Below are positions 11,563 through 24,329 of a stretch of DNA of 64,000 bases, in pieces (position 1 is the first letter of the stretch; the number at the start of each line of letters is the position of its first letter). Position numbers and translations under genes: made by a program. Location of the stretch: NCBI RefSeq assembly GCF_009914755.1, contig NC_060931.1; one strand, written 5' to 3'. The notes under the pieces are model-generated. The model did no database searches. It had not been told where the DNA came from and worked only from the letters and a program-made list of their open reading frames with translations. Origin of the DNA: the human T2T-CHM13v2.0 reference genome, Homo sapiens.

Positions 11563-11863
11563 GACCAGCTGTGGTGGCTCATACCTGTAATCCCAACACT
11601 TTGAGAGGCCAAGGCAGGAGGATCTCTTGGGGCCAGAATTCAAGACCAGCCTGGGCAACACAGCAAGACCCCATCTCTAAAATTTTTTTTTAATTAGCCA
11701 GGCATGTTGGCTCATGTCTACTAGTAGCCAAGTAGTCCTAGCTATTTGAGAGGCTGAGATATGAAGATTGCTTGGGCCTGAGATGTCAAGGCTACAGTGA
11801 ACCATGATTGTGCCACTGCACCCCAGCCTGGGTGACAGTGAGACCCTGTATCAGAAAAGAAAA
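11563..11863 (+). mobile_element. AluJ
   Basis: Dimeric Alu. TSD aagaagatgaa(c/t)a at 11548 and 11864. Confidence 0.95.
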
Positions 11864-12798
11864 AAGAAGATGAATAGGCAAGTCACATCTGAGAGAAAAT
11901 ATTTACAATACATATTTCTGAAAGTAGTCTTAAATGGAGACTATATAAAGAACTCTTAGAAATTAACAATAAAACACAAACACCTCAATTAAAAGGGCAA
12001 AAAATTGGACACCCACCAAAGAAGATACAGGAATAGCAAATGAGCAGAGGAAAATTTGCTCAACATCATTTGTTATCAGAAATGCAAAGGAAAACCATAA
12101 GGAAATACTCCTTTGCATCCATGAAATGGCTAAAATAAAAAAGACTGATATGCAAAATGCGGTAAGATTATGGAGCAACAGGCAGTTTCATACATTGCTG
12201 TGGGGAGTGTGAAGTGGTACAGTCACTTTGGAAAGTTGTTTGGCTATTCTTATAAAGTTAAACATACATCTACATGAGAAGCAGCAATCCCACTCCTAAG
12301 TATTTACCAAAGATAAGTGAAAACATATGTCCACAATAGACATTTACATGAATGTTTATGTAAGATTTGTCCATAATAGCCCCTAACTGGAAACAATGCA
12401 AATGTGTCTCAGTAGAAAAATGGATAAACAATTTGTGGTTTATTCTTACAGTGGAATACTATTGAGCAATAAAGAGGAATGAGCTACTGATATATGCAAG
12501 GCATAGAAACCTCACGTACTGCGGACTGAAAGAGGCTTGTGCTTACACAAGACATATAATGTACAATTCCATTAAGGCCAATTAAGGTCAAACATAGGCA
12601 AAACTAACCCAGCAGGATAGACACTGAGAGCTAGGGCTGCCTGTGGGAAGTGAGGAGCCCTGGCAAGGACATGAGGAAACCTTCTGAGGTGGTGGGAATG
12701 TGCGACATCTTGTTTGTGGTGATGGATACAAAGGTTGACACATTCATCAAAGCTCGCCACATCATTCACTTGATATCTGCATATTTCACTCAAAGTAA

Positions 12799-13102
12799 GT
12801 TTTATTTATTTATTTATATTTATTCATTTATTTATTTTTAAGATACAGGGTCTCCCTCTGTCACCCAGGCTGGAGTGCAGTGACATGATCTCCACCTCTT
12901 GGGCTCAAGCAATCTTCATGCCTCAGCAAGTATCTGAGATCACAAGTGCGCACCACCACGCCAGGCTAATTTTTGTATATTTTGTAGAGACAGGGTTTTG
13001 TCATGTTGCCTGGGATGGTCTCGAACTCCTGAGCTCAGGCAGTCTGCCTGCCTCCACCTCTCAAAGTGCTGGGATTACAGGCATGAGCCACTGCGCCTCA
13101 GC
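12799..13102 (-). mobile_element. AluJ with (TTTA)n tail
   Basis: Dimeric Alu, antisense. Confidence 0.95.
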
Positions 13103-13199
13103 TGTAAATTTTATATCATTAAAAAGGCAAAGAAAAAAAGACATCTCTAGTGAGTCCATATGCCAAAGAACTTTAATGACACAAATAAAGACAGCACCA

Positions 13200-13375
13200 A
13201 CACTTACAGCTATGTGACCTCATGCAAGTTACGTAACTGCTCTGAGCCTCAGATTCTTCTGTAAATTCAGGATCTGTATCTCATGGGGTTAAGAGAATTA
13301 CCTATGACAAGGAATGTAAGGTATTTCCTAGAGGATTGTATGCTTAATGAGTAATCAGTATGTGTTCAATAAAAT
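13200..13375 (+). mobile_element. MIR
   Basis: gctatgtgacctcatgcaagttacgtaactgctctgagcctcag. Confidence 0.75.
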
Positions 13376-13999
13376 ATTCTGTCTTATGGAGACTTCTACT
13401 TTGTCAAATTGTTAAGTATAACACTGTTTGTTCAAAATACTTTCTCTTTGTCTCTATTTCTGGTTCTGTATGTGTTTCTTCTCATCAAATGAGGTGTGAA
13501 TTCAAGTGAACTCAAGTCCTTCACCAGTTTCACAGAGTTCTCACGCTAAACATTTTGTGAGTCTGGTAATACTACTCATGTCTTCTACTCCTCTTTCTTT
13601 TCCTTCTCCTCCATCTCTGAAGGAACCAGAAAATTTCTCCTTTCTGTAGTGTACACAGCAATTCTATCCACACCAAGATCCTTGGAGTATCACCTTTTAT
13701 TATCAAGTGTGTGTATGTGTGTGTGTGTTTTCTTTCTAATGGGAGGATGATACTCTCTCTTACTGTAATAGTGTTTTCTGAGCATGTGACACTGATCTGC
13801 TTATTTTCTATGATATCTACATTCCCATGCATTATGCTGTCTTCCTAATGCAGAGACCATGGACTGATATGCCCAGGCCCCTGCTGCTCCAGCAAGCAAC
13901 TGCAAACAGCTCTAGAAATGCTGTAACCCTGCTGTCCTGACTGGCCCCCAGTGAATGAGCAGGATGAGTTGGTGATGGCTCCAAACTTTGCCATTGAGT

Positions 14000-14492
14000 G
14001 TTCAGATCTGCACTTTAGGGAGTTTGAATAGACACAACAGCATCTGTTGGCAGCATCTCAAAGCACCTATAAGACAGTTGGGGAAGAACATCTGGAAGAC
14101 AGTTAAGGAACAGCAAGTGAGAAGCAGAGAGAAGCGAATAGGTGGAAGCCACAGTTGGCAGAAGCCCTAAGGTGAGTAGCAATCAGTCCATGTGTGCTGG
14201 CCAGCAAGTAGCTGAGAGCCAGAAAGGGAGAGCACGCAGCAGCAATGATTGACAGCTGCTAAAGAGATCACTGGATATCCAGGTTACTGGGACTGGGTGA
14301 ATGTTTCATGATATTCTACTTCTCTAGAAGGCCTGATTTCCAAATGCAGGTGCATCTATTTCTCTGTGAACCCCAGTTCTAAATGTGTTGCCTTTATTTA
14401 TGTTCTAGCTTACCTATCTCATGTCTGTTCAACTGAAGTGTCATTGAAGTTTCTCTTTATTCTTTGTAACAAGAAAAGACTCAATTAAGGCA
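14000..14492 (+). mobile_element. Possible ancient LTR (MLT1/ERVL-like)
   Basis: LTR-like 3' end ctttgtaacaagaaaagactcaattaaggca. Confidence 0.35.
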
Positions 14493-16319
14493 AGAATAGA
14501 AGAGCTGCTGAGATTTAGAAATTCATATAAGTCTGTCCTAGTAATTCTGGTTTATCTAAAAGGAGAATCCTATCCCTTTTCTCTTTCTCTCACTTTCTCT
14601 CTCTCTTTGTTTCTCCTTTTCTAAGCAGTCACTTTCCTCTTAGTTTCATAGGCATTCCCTCCATGGCCAGATATGATCAGAGCAGGCATGTCCCCTTAAC
14701 CTTGGGCAAAATCTCTTCCGTCATTTTCCGGGTATTTTATTCCACAATAGTTCAGGCTCAAGATGGCCAAGGAGTGAGCGTGAACTCTGACAAAGCACAG
14801 AAAACATTCTTCTCCTCATGCCTTCCTCGGAGACGTGATCCACAGGCTCTTGATTCTGTGCCAGGATGGGGCCTCTGCCACCTCCTTGTCTCTGTTAAAA
14901 TGGGGGGAGAATAAATGTTCTCCACAACCCCCCAACCCCACAATGTGCACCCAGGTGCATGCATGCAGGACCACGGCCTTTTCATTGCACACAAATGAAG
15001 TTGTCATCCCATTTCCACCAGTGGGTGCATACTGATGTCCTTTTGGGTCTTTGCTGTTGTGTCTTCTGAAGCCACTCTAGTTCTGCACAGCTCTGCTTAG
15101 GCCCAGCTCCTGCTTCCCTTTGACCTTGCTGATATTCTGTGACTTCCAGGCACATTTTCCTGGGACTTGCTGCTGACCTACAACCTCCAGCTTTGCTGAT
15201 GCCTTTCATTTACCCCAGACTGGTACAGGGCGGTCTTGTCTTTGTGGTAACTGGACTTCACCGGGGAGCAGGGATTCCTTCAGTCAAATAACTTCAGGCC
15301 ACTCCTTGTACATGGTCACCCAGTTTGACACAATGTTCCATGCTACTGAGACCTCTGAGAAGTGTCCCACCATATTGACTTTCAGCTCTCTAAGTGAGAA
15401 CTGAGACAAAGGCCCCCTCAGCAGTACCCTCTGGGAAATGTCATTCCCCTGTGTGTGTGGAGTGGGATGCAGGCCTATGCCAAGTAGCTGAAGTCCTTGG
15501 GACCCTCTTTTAATAGCAAACATTTGCTGTAGCTCTTCCTGAGGTCTGGGCTTCCTATTTAAATGAGGCTCAGGTGTCTGATTATGACCTCTTTCTGCTC
15601 TTTTCTCTGAATGACTGGTATATTCAGTTCCATCAGGACTGTTTATTCGTGATCTTGTCCCAAGAGTCCACACATAGGTCGATTTCACATAAATTTCTAG
15701 TAAAACTCTAGTTCAGAGAACATATAAATCCTATGACTTTTCTCATAAAATGTTTCTTTTGGCATAACAAGAAAAAAATAGAAGACCTATAAGGGAAAAA
15801 TAAGATTAAAATTGATCAAATGTGGCTAGAAAAGTTTCTGTAACATCACAGGAAAATGGCTGCACTTTCCCCTCCCACTCAAATTATTACCTTCCATTTT
15901 ACTACAGAAGCTAAATTTTTGTTATCACACCACAGGCCATTAAATTGGCATTGGAAGCCAGCCAGCTAGGCAGAAGCTGGAGTCTGGTTGAAATGCCAAG
16001 TGAGTTAGCATTCTAACCTTCAGTAGAAGTACAGGAAAATGTGCAATGGAGTGAACTTGAATGCAGGCATGTTTATTTTCACATCTGGCTTGTACAGGAT
16101 GGAAAGAGATTCCATATAAGGGTCCTTCTCACTGTCTGAGCACTGCCAGCCAAAAGGCTGACCAAACTAACTTGTTGGTCCACAGATGATCTTTAAGCAG
16201 GGAGTGGGTAAGGGGTGCTTTGGGAATTCCCTACGCCACTCACTTCTTCAGCTATGAACTATGACTTCACATGGACTCTTCCTACTAATTAACAACAGCC
16301 ATTTAGCGGACTCCTATTT

Positions 16320-16570
16320 GCTTTTCAAGTTCCAGTTGAGATGCCCCTTCCTCCAGGAAGCCTTCCTTGATAACCCCAGCCTGAGTTAAAGCCCCTTCCT
16401 GTTTGCTGTCTTAGCCTGGTGTATTTTTCTCTTCATATCAGTTATTATAGACCCCTTAAAATTATGCCATTCAGACTAGATTGCAAACAATTTGGGGTTA
16501 GAGACCAAATCTGTTTTCTTTATTATGACTTCTCCCATGGCCAAGCCAGCTCTTGGCACACAGTGGGTAT
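16320..16570 (+). mobile_element. L2 3' fragment
   Basis: cttcctccaggaagccttccttga...tggcacacagtggg. Confidence 0.7.
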
Positions 16571-16709
16571 ATTCTGTTTAGTTCTACAGAGAAAGGGGTG
16601 GAATATAATGGCATGTCTGCCATATTAATTTATCATCAGGATCAGAACATGTGCTACTTGGAGGTAACTTTGGAGGGGAGGGAGACATTGGTGTGATGGA
16701 GAAAGGAAG

Positions 16710-16900
16710 TGATTTTATAGACACTTATTTGTGCCAGGGAGCTTGTAAGATTCTTTACACAGGTTGTCTATTTATTCTTTACAGTAAGCTTTAGAGGCCA
16801 TCCACTCCAACTTTTCAAGGGTGAGAGACTGGAGACTAAGATCCCAGGCAGTGACATGAAATGCTTGATTCCCGCATGTGTGTGTTTCCATGTATCATTG
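16710..16900 (-). mobile_element. MIR (diverged)
   Basis: gacacttatttgtgccagg...tttattctttacagtaa. Confidence 0.55.
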
Positions 16901-16949
16901 CACCACATGCAGAGCTTTTCTAGCATCTTCATCTTGTGTGTCTTCATAT

Positions 16950-17925
16950 CCTAGTCACCTTGCAAAGCTCAACTTATCCCTGAAAACCCAGTTTAAGCAT
17001 TTCCTCCACCTTCAATCTCCTTAGGAGAGGCCTTTCTTCACCACCACCAATCCTATCAATTAGAAGTAAGGATCTCCTGTTTGTGCCTCTTTTGAACATG
17101 TTATTCTATCAGATACACAAATATGGTTGTGTCAACCCAGGGGCTTTGCACTCAGACTTAAGGAGTTAAAATTGTCTTCTATCACATATTAGCCCTATCA
17201 GCTTGGACAAGTTACTTAGCCTCCTTGGCTTTGTTTATTCACCTATTGTATAAGTCAGGGTTCTACTAGAGAAGCAGAGCCAGTAGGAGATATACAGTAA
17301 GGAATTTATTGAAAGGAACTGGTTTATACAATTGTGAAGGCTGTCAAAGTCCAAAACCCACTGGGCAGGCTGTCAGGAAAGGCAGGCTGGAACTCTGGGG
17401 CACAGGTAAAAACTATTGTACAAGACTGGAATTTCTTCTTTAGAGAAGCCTCAACTCTGCTCTTAAGGCCTTTCAACTGATTGAACCATATCCACCCAGA
17501 TTATCTGGGATAATCCCCTTTACTTAAAATCAACTGATTATGGACTTTAATTGCATCTATAAGGTACAACCATGGCAACACCCAGATTATTATCTAGATA
17601 ACTGGAGACTGTAGCCTAGAAAAACTGACATGTTAAAAGTCCATCACACTTATTATGGGTGGGGAGAAGGTGTAAGAATAAAACCTACCTCATAGGGCCA
17701 TTATAGGGATTAAATGGGTTTATCCATATCATGCATTTAGAATAGTATTTGGCAAGTGACAAGGACCCAATAACTTTTAATACAGTGTTTATCATACTAT
17801 GCTATAATTATTTTTATATGTCTGCTTTCCCTACTAAGCTTTTAATGCTTTTATTCAGGTATGATGTACCCAACGTTTGTAGAGGCTGACCTTCAGTATG
17901 GGTAGTTAAATTCTTTGAATGAATA
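16950..17925 (+). mobile_element. L2 fragment split by a MIR (about 17120-17780), which is itself split by MLT2D
   Basis: L2 end gaatgaat near 17917. MIR core cttggacaagttacttagcctc resumes after 17649. Confidence 0.6.
17247..17648 (-). mobile_element. MLT2D-type ERVL solo LTR
   Basis: TG...CA ends (tgtataagtcagggttct...catcaca). 5-bp TSD cctat/cttat. Confidence 0.85.
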
Positions 17926-19494
17926 ATTTTCTTTCAATTTTGAAATGGCTCACAAACAACCCAGAAGAATGCCATATGAGGAATTCATTAATGAGGACTA
18001 CTCCTCTTCATGGACTTTTTTCCTTACCTTAGAGGACTGCAGAGATGAAACATTTTGGGCCATTTTCCAATGAAGGGAAGGGCATGATGGTATCAGCCAA
18101 CTGAATTCTACAGCTTCCATTTTAATATGAGTTTCTAATGGTGTCACAGATAAGTTACAGTTTGACAGAAGGCCAGGTAGTAGAAGGTCCATCAAACGGT
18201 CTAGGGATTTGAAAATGTATTAAGCCTAAGAGAGTAAATCATTTGATTTCTGCAGTTACTGTATAGAGTTTATGAAAGAACATCAGCAAAAAGTATTTTA
18301 CTTTCTTTTATATTCCAGGAAGAAGTTCATTTTCACCGTATATTACACCATGATGAAGGGATTTTCATTTCACAAAGGTTTGAATAATGACTAAGGTCTA
18401 AGCTCACATATCCCCAGGATGAAGAATTAAGTTTAATCCATAGAGTTGCCCAAACCTTGTGGAATGTCATTTCCTGCATCCCCTTGTTCACATCCTGGTG
18501 GTAGATTTGTTTTACACAGTGTAACCTAATACAGTAGGAGGCTGAAACTCATCAGTAATCTCTGCTTTTGTGTGGCAAGAATGGTGCAGTATGGAGGCAC
18601 CAAAAAGTATGGAGGCAGTGCTGGGGATTCACCTTGGTCTTCATTTTTATCTTTCTTGGGATTTTTTTCCAACCATAGAAGTTACTTAGACTTAGCACTT
18701 GTGCATAAATATCACCCTTAAGCACAGTTGCAAAGAAAGCTCAGTGGGGTGGCTTTAGAATGATCCTGTTTGGGAAGCTAAGTGTAAGCAGTGTTGAACA
18801 TTTAAGAAATGAGGATCAAATGCAGGTGCCAGTAAACAGTTTGTGCACCTTATTTGAGTCAAAAGATCAAATAAAAGTATGATGTTAACTTTTCTGGTTT
18901 ATTATCCAACACTTTGTAGTCAGTTCAGAGAGCATGCATATGTTCTATACCAATTTAGGAATACATTGTCACTAAATGTATGAAAGTAAGTATCGATTGT
19001 ACTGATACAATTTTATATGGAAGCTCAATTCTTCACAAAATATTTGCATATTATCCATCTATAAATAACCAAATATATAAAGTGTGATATAATTTCTAAT
19101 TTCTTTTGTCTTAAATTAAATTGTTCTTAACCAAAAAAAATTTTTAAGGTGGCCAAATTTTTATTAACAGTTGTTTGAGAAAGAACATTCATGAGGACCT
19201 AAATTTGTTACTAACTATATAAATGAACAGTGGATTATTCACTTATTCACTTACTGGACATTTATCCAGTGCCCACAATGTGCAGGGAATGTGATAAGCA
19301 TCAGTAACATAAAAAGGAAATAGAAATTCCAATCGAGTTGGCAAGTTATCCAAACAGTGTTGTTGTACTATGTTAGGGAAGAATGGGGTGCCATGGGACA
19401 GTAGAAGGGGGACACGCAGGCTCTAAGTCTTATAGCAAGCTTCCTTGAGGAAATGACATCCAACACTGAGACCTGAATGAATTCATCGGATAAA

Positions 19495-19569
19495 GTGTGT
19501 GTGTTGTGTGTGTGCGTGTGTGTGTGTGTGAGAGAGAGAGAGAGAAAGAGAGAGAATGCACACACACAC
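19495..19569. repeat. Compound (TG)n(AG)n(CA)n microsatellite
   Basis: Directly visible. Confidence 0.9.
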
Positions 19570-20099
19570 GCTTATGGAGAAAGAGATCTCAGACAAATGC
19601 AAACTGTTGCAGACAGAGAGAGCGGAATATGCTGGCTTCTGTGGCCAATAGCAGCACGTCACACACCAGCTGTACTGTATTCAGTAGAACTAAAATAGAG
19701 AAGGTTTCCAACATGTTTGTTACAGGATAGAGCGGGGGATGAATGTCAAGAAGACTGAAGTAGAAGTCCAACAAAGAGGAGTGGTAGATGGATTTCAGAG
19801 ATATTGAAGTGGTAGATTGTCAGCATTTTATTGACGATAGTATTTCAGTGGTGAGGGGAAGAATGAATGAAGGACGGCACTCTGAGCTCTGGCATGAGTG
19901 AGGGGGTGAAGGGTGGTGCTATTAATATTAACAATGAACACCGGAGGGGGCAAGGTTTTCAGAGTAAGATGACACATTTTGAGTCTGTCATGCCTGAGGA
20001 ACATCAAGTGGAAAGACCCAGTGGATGGCTAGAAATGTGGCTCTGACTCTGAGGACCCCCCAGGAAAGAAACAGTTTTGAGATTCATTGTCCTACAGAA

Positions 20100-20308
20100 G
20101 AGTGTTTCTCAGCCTTGGCACTGGTAACATTTTGGGACAGATACAGCTTTGTTGTGAGGCTGTCCAGGGCACAGTGGGATGTGCAGCAGCATCCCCGGCC
20201 TCTGTCCACTAGGTCCAGTAGCGTGTCCAAGTCATGACAATGAAACATGTCTCCAGACATTGCCAAATGTCCCCAGGGGACAAAATCACCCCCAGGTGAG
20301 AGCCACTG
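20100..20308. mobile_element. MER20 (hAT-Charlie)
   Basis: TIRs gagtgtttctca...tgagagccactg; internal tgtctccagacattgccaaatgtcccc. Confidence 0.9.
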
Positions 20309-21644
20309 ACATGGATAGTACCTAATCCATGAGAATGGATGACTATAGAAATGAGAGGAAGAAGGTCTAAGGTTAAAACACTGAAGTACATCATTTAGGG
20401 ACCAAGAGGAGAAAGAAAACCCCATAAAAGAGTCTGAGGAATGGTCAGAGGAGTAGACAAAAACACAGAAGCAAAGGGAAAACGTGTTTCAGTAAGAAAG
20501 ATGTGATCACTAAGGGCAAATGCAGCTAAGAGAGCAATAGAAATGAATCCTAAAAGTGGCCCTGAGTTTAGCAGCAAGACTGCCATTGATGGCCAGTGAA
20601 AATAATTTTTGTGGAATAGTTGGGCAGAAGCTAGGAGGCAGTGAGGTGAGAAATAAATGAATTTATATTCATTTCTACATTATTTTGTCTGGCCAGACAG
20701 GACAGCCCAGCTAGAAGAATGAGAACAATTCAAAAGATCTTGGGTTGCAGATTTGAAGAGAGTTCAAGGAAGTCGAGTGATGAGTAGAAGCTGAGGATGT
20801 TGGCAAGAGAGAAATTGAAGTGGAGGACGTGGAATGTAAACTGGATGGTGAAAGAAATGAGTACAAGAGAGAGAATTGATGGATATAGAGAAGGTAGAGA
20901 GCTTAGATTCAAAGTCACTATGAGTATGAGGAGTAGGTAAAGTAAGAATTACTGAGGAAAAATTTGGAAGTGCATAAGAACAGTCATTCATCCCAGCTGG
21001 GCCTTAATTTCCTTATTTGTAAGGTCAGGGGTTAACCTAGGTGATCCCAATATCCTTTCAGACTTGATTGTTTTAGGTCACAAGGTATAACAGCATCTTT
21101 CTGATTCTTATGTGATAGAAATATTAAGGAAATGAGAGATGTGTATATGAATTTGTCTATGAAAACTTACTAATACCAAATTTTTCTTTGTTGGGCTTCT
21201 CTTTGATTTGGGGCCGTCTTGATTTTGACACTGTGAGTTCCCTTTAGGTCTAACCAATTTTGATTTGTTCTTTAGTTTAGAAATAGAAAACTTTGGATAT
21301 ATGAGATAATTTTTGGTGGTTCAGTGGCTTTACTTTGTAGAAAAGTGTAAGTTCTTAAGAAATACAAAGATTAGAGAGCCTTGGTTTTTGTGGCTCTTTC
21401 TTCCCTGATAGCATCCTTTTCCTTTGCATTTCTTTCTCTCCCCTAAGATTCTTTCTGATAGATTAGTAATAATAAAGGCTTAAATGATTGTGTCTTGTAG
21501 GAAAATGAGTAAACTATAAAACCATGTCAGAAAATATGGGAGGCGCATACTTTTACTTTGCCTTCTGACATCCCAGGCAGACATCACTAATAGATTTCAG
21601 ATTTCAGCACTCCTTCCTGGAATCTGGACATGTGCTTATAGCCA

Positions 21645-21757
21645 TGATTCTTACCTCAGGCTGGACATCAGAATCCCTTGTGGAGATTTTGAAAAAGTAA
21701 AGTTTCTCAGGCTTCATCCTAGATTTATTCAATCAACATCTTGAGTGATTCTGATGT
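21645..21757. mobile_element. MER5-type fragment
   Basis: catcagaatcccttgtggagattttgaaaa...gtgattctgatg. Confidence 0.55.
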
Positions 21758-21776
21758 CCTACATCAGAGGAGTGTT

Positions 21777-21836
21777 TTGTCCTACAGAGGAGTGTTTCTC
21801 AGCCTTGGCACTGGTAACATTTTGGGGCAGATACAG
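21777..21836 (+). repeat. 60-bp copy of 20087-20146
   Basis: 58/60 identity. Includes the MER20 end plus its unique flank. Confidence 0.95.
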
Positions 21837-23032
21837 TGCTCTGCCTAAGATTGACTTCCTGTGCATGGTTTCAGGCAGATACATTGGAGTTGGTACCTGC
21901 GATGAAAGATACATGATCTCAGATGGAGAATAACTGCCATCTCTCACCTTCTGCCCCTTCCCTGTGTTTCTACTTTTCAAAACTGAGCTGCAGTTCCCTT
22001 CAAAACATTACACATTCTGAAGTGGAACAAGAGGTAATGGATAAAGAAGCCAGATAAAGACTGTGAGTGGCTCTAGCCAACCCTTCCTCATCTGCTATGA
22101 AAGTATTCTTAAAGATAACAGCACCAAAGAGCTAGTGAAAGGATTATTCAACTGAGAGTTGGATATTGATTCATTTATTCCAAAATCTTTTATTAAGGGC
22201 TGGCATAATCAAAAGATGGCCTGCCTTTCAGGTTGTAAGTGGAATAGAGGGTGAAAACATGTCTTGAAGCAATTAATTATCTTTTGCTTACATATGCTTC
22301 CCCAAAAAGCCTGGTATCCAATAGAACTTTAACTCAAACTTTGGGTTTCCCCAAGTGAGGGATATATGAAGAGTGGTAAAGTCAGCTCATCTTAGGCTGT
22401 GTTTCAAGAAGACTTTACCAATGATGTCACATCCGTGATTCTAACAAATAAGCCCTAGGAAAAGTCAGGATGAGCATTTAAGTCCTTCTGGCTCCTTAAT
22501 TTGTCTTCCCCAGTATGACGTCTTTTTGTTTGTATTAGAATTTTCAGTGCTTGCTGTTAAGAGGTCAGTGTTCATTTATTGATAGGTTTTTAAGTTATAC
22601 TTATATTGGGTGCTCTTTTATATTATGCTTCAAATCTTTGACTAATGTTTTGCTAAATTGACAAATCGTAAGATCTCATTCTCAGCAAATGTCTCCTCTT
22701 AGATAAGGAGTTATTTCATTTCAACGTTTCAACTCTTTTCTGGAAAAAGAAAGATGAAGCATATTTGACAAATGGTTGGCCGACTACTCTACCAGCTGCT
22801 TGGGTCAGGGGTGGTGTGGGAACCTCAGTGGAGAGGAGACAAGAGGAAGTGTAATGGACTGGGACTGGAAACTCCCCATCTCCACTTCCCCTATGGAAGC
22901 TCTGGTTTGCATTGTATCTACTAATATTTCAAATAAAATGTGAAAAAAAGTTTGCCCTCCTTAAAACATTTGGAAAATAAATGAAACAAAAATACTGAAG
23001 TCGTGAAACTCAACAGACAATATCCAAAAACA

Positions 23033-23217
23033 AAGGTTTCCAACTTCAGCTGCATCAGAAGCACTGCAGGCCTTGTTAAAACACAGGTCCCTGGGCTGTA
23101 CCTCTAGATTTCCTAATTCTGTAGGTCTGGGGTGAAGCCCAGGGATGTGTATTTTAACCAGTTCCTAGGTGAGGTCATGATGCTGCTAGTTCTGCAACTA
23201 CACCTTGAGAACCACTT
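23033..23217. mobile_element. MER5A
   Basis: gcatcagaagc...ttgttaaaacacag...gtaggtctggggtg...ttgagaaccact. Confidence 0.85.
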
Positions 23218-23329
23218 CCCTAGAAATACACAGGTGTAGACTGTATCAATCTTAGACACCTGTTGTTTCAATAAGAGATGTCTTTTCGTACCATCTGAGA
23301 TCTTTGTATGCTAAGACATAATTTTAGCC

Positions 23330-23460
23330 CTGCCAAACACAAGTTGTTTACATTTTTTAAATTAGATGCTGCCGTGTTCTTATATCAGAAGATTTCACAC
23401 ATAAATCTGGATTTCCAGCTTCTTTAGAAAAATCAGAATAACTGACATTGCTGGGCATCT
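23330..23460. mobile_element. MER103-like DNA transposon fragment
   Basis: aaatctggatttccagcttctttagaaaaatcagaa. Confidence 0.6.
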
Positions 23461-23487
23461 TTGCCACCTGGCAGCCATCTGCTGGAG
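23461..23487 (-). promoter_or_regulatory. Candidate CTCF motif(s)
   Basis: - strand CCAGCAGATGGCTG, followed by the overlapping CTGCCAGGTGGCAA, vs core CCASYAGRKGGCR. Confidence 0.45.
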
Positions 23488-24329
23488 ACAGAAAGCTGCT
23501 GCCTCCTTTAGACAGGCACGTCCTCCCCTCCCTTCGGCCTCTCCCTCCAGCTTCCTTCATGCTCAAGAAATCAGACACGCTCAAACTCAAATCTGAAAGC
23601 CTATTGGAAGTATGTTTGGGTTACACAACTAATCATTTAGGATTATCACTCCCTTGCTGCGTTGACTTGAAAGGCCTCCTTTGCTATAGCACTTAGAATG
23701 GAGATCATTTCCTACTGTTTGCTATCTATTGCTAATAGGGTATATTAAAGTGTTAAATATGGATATATGAGAAGGAAATCAAGCTTCTTGTAAATTTACA
23801 TAAAATATATTATTCTAGACCTCTACCTTGGCTTAGAAGCCTTAACTAATACCCAATGGAATACTTCACTCAGCTTTAAAAGAAATTTCACCGACTTCTA
23901 CTCATCTGCCAATGCTGGCTACTTTCTGAGTTTATATAAAAAATAAATCTGTAGCATGATGGCTGGAAACACAAACACATTTAAATTCTCAGACTCTTTG
24001 GAGAGTCTATTGCTGCCTTTGACTCTGTGATGTTTCTTGATTCTTTGGAACAAAGTCCCAGCCTTCGTCTCTTTCAAAGGAGGGATTTGCACTAAAACCA
24101 ATATTCCTAGCCCATGCTCATCAGGGTCAGAGGCTGCCTTTTCCACTAAGATGCCTCAATATTCACAATCATTTCACAACTTAATTGGGTCGGTTTCCCT
24201 AAATTCAAACGCAGAAAGTCCCATAGAACTTGCTTTGCTTAACAAAGAAGGCTTTCTTTCCCAAACCCCTCTGGCTTTGGTGACTTGGAAAATCTTATTA
24301 GCCAGATGAAAAAAAAAAAAAAATTCCAC

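Larger units (their letters stand above)
10965..13140 (+). mobile_element. L1MD/L1ME ORF2 C-terminus and 3' UTR
   Basis: gcagcaatcccactcctaagtatttacc, aaacatatgtccaca, acagtggaatactatt. Interrupted by two Alus. Confidence 0.8.
19230..20650 (-). mobile_element. L2 fragments
   Basis: attcacttattcact...catttatccagtgcccacaatgtgcagg; tcaagtggaaagacccagtgg. Confidence 0.7.
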
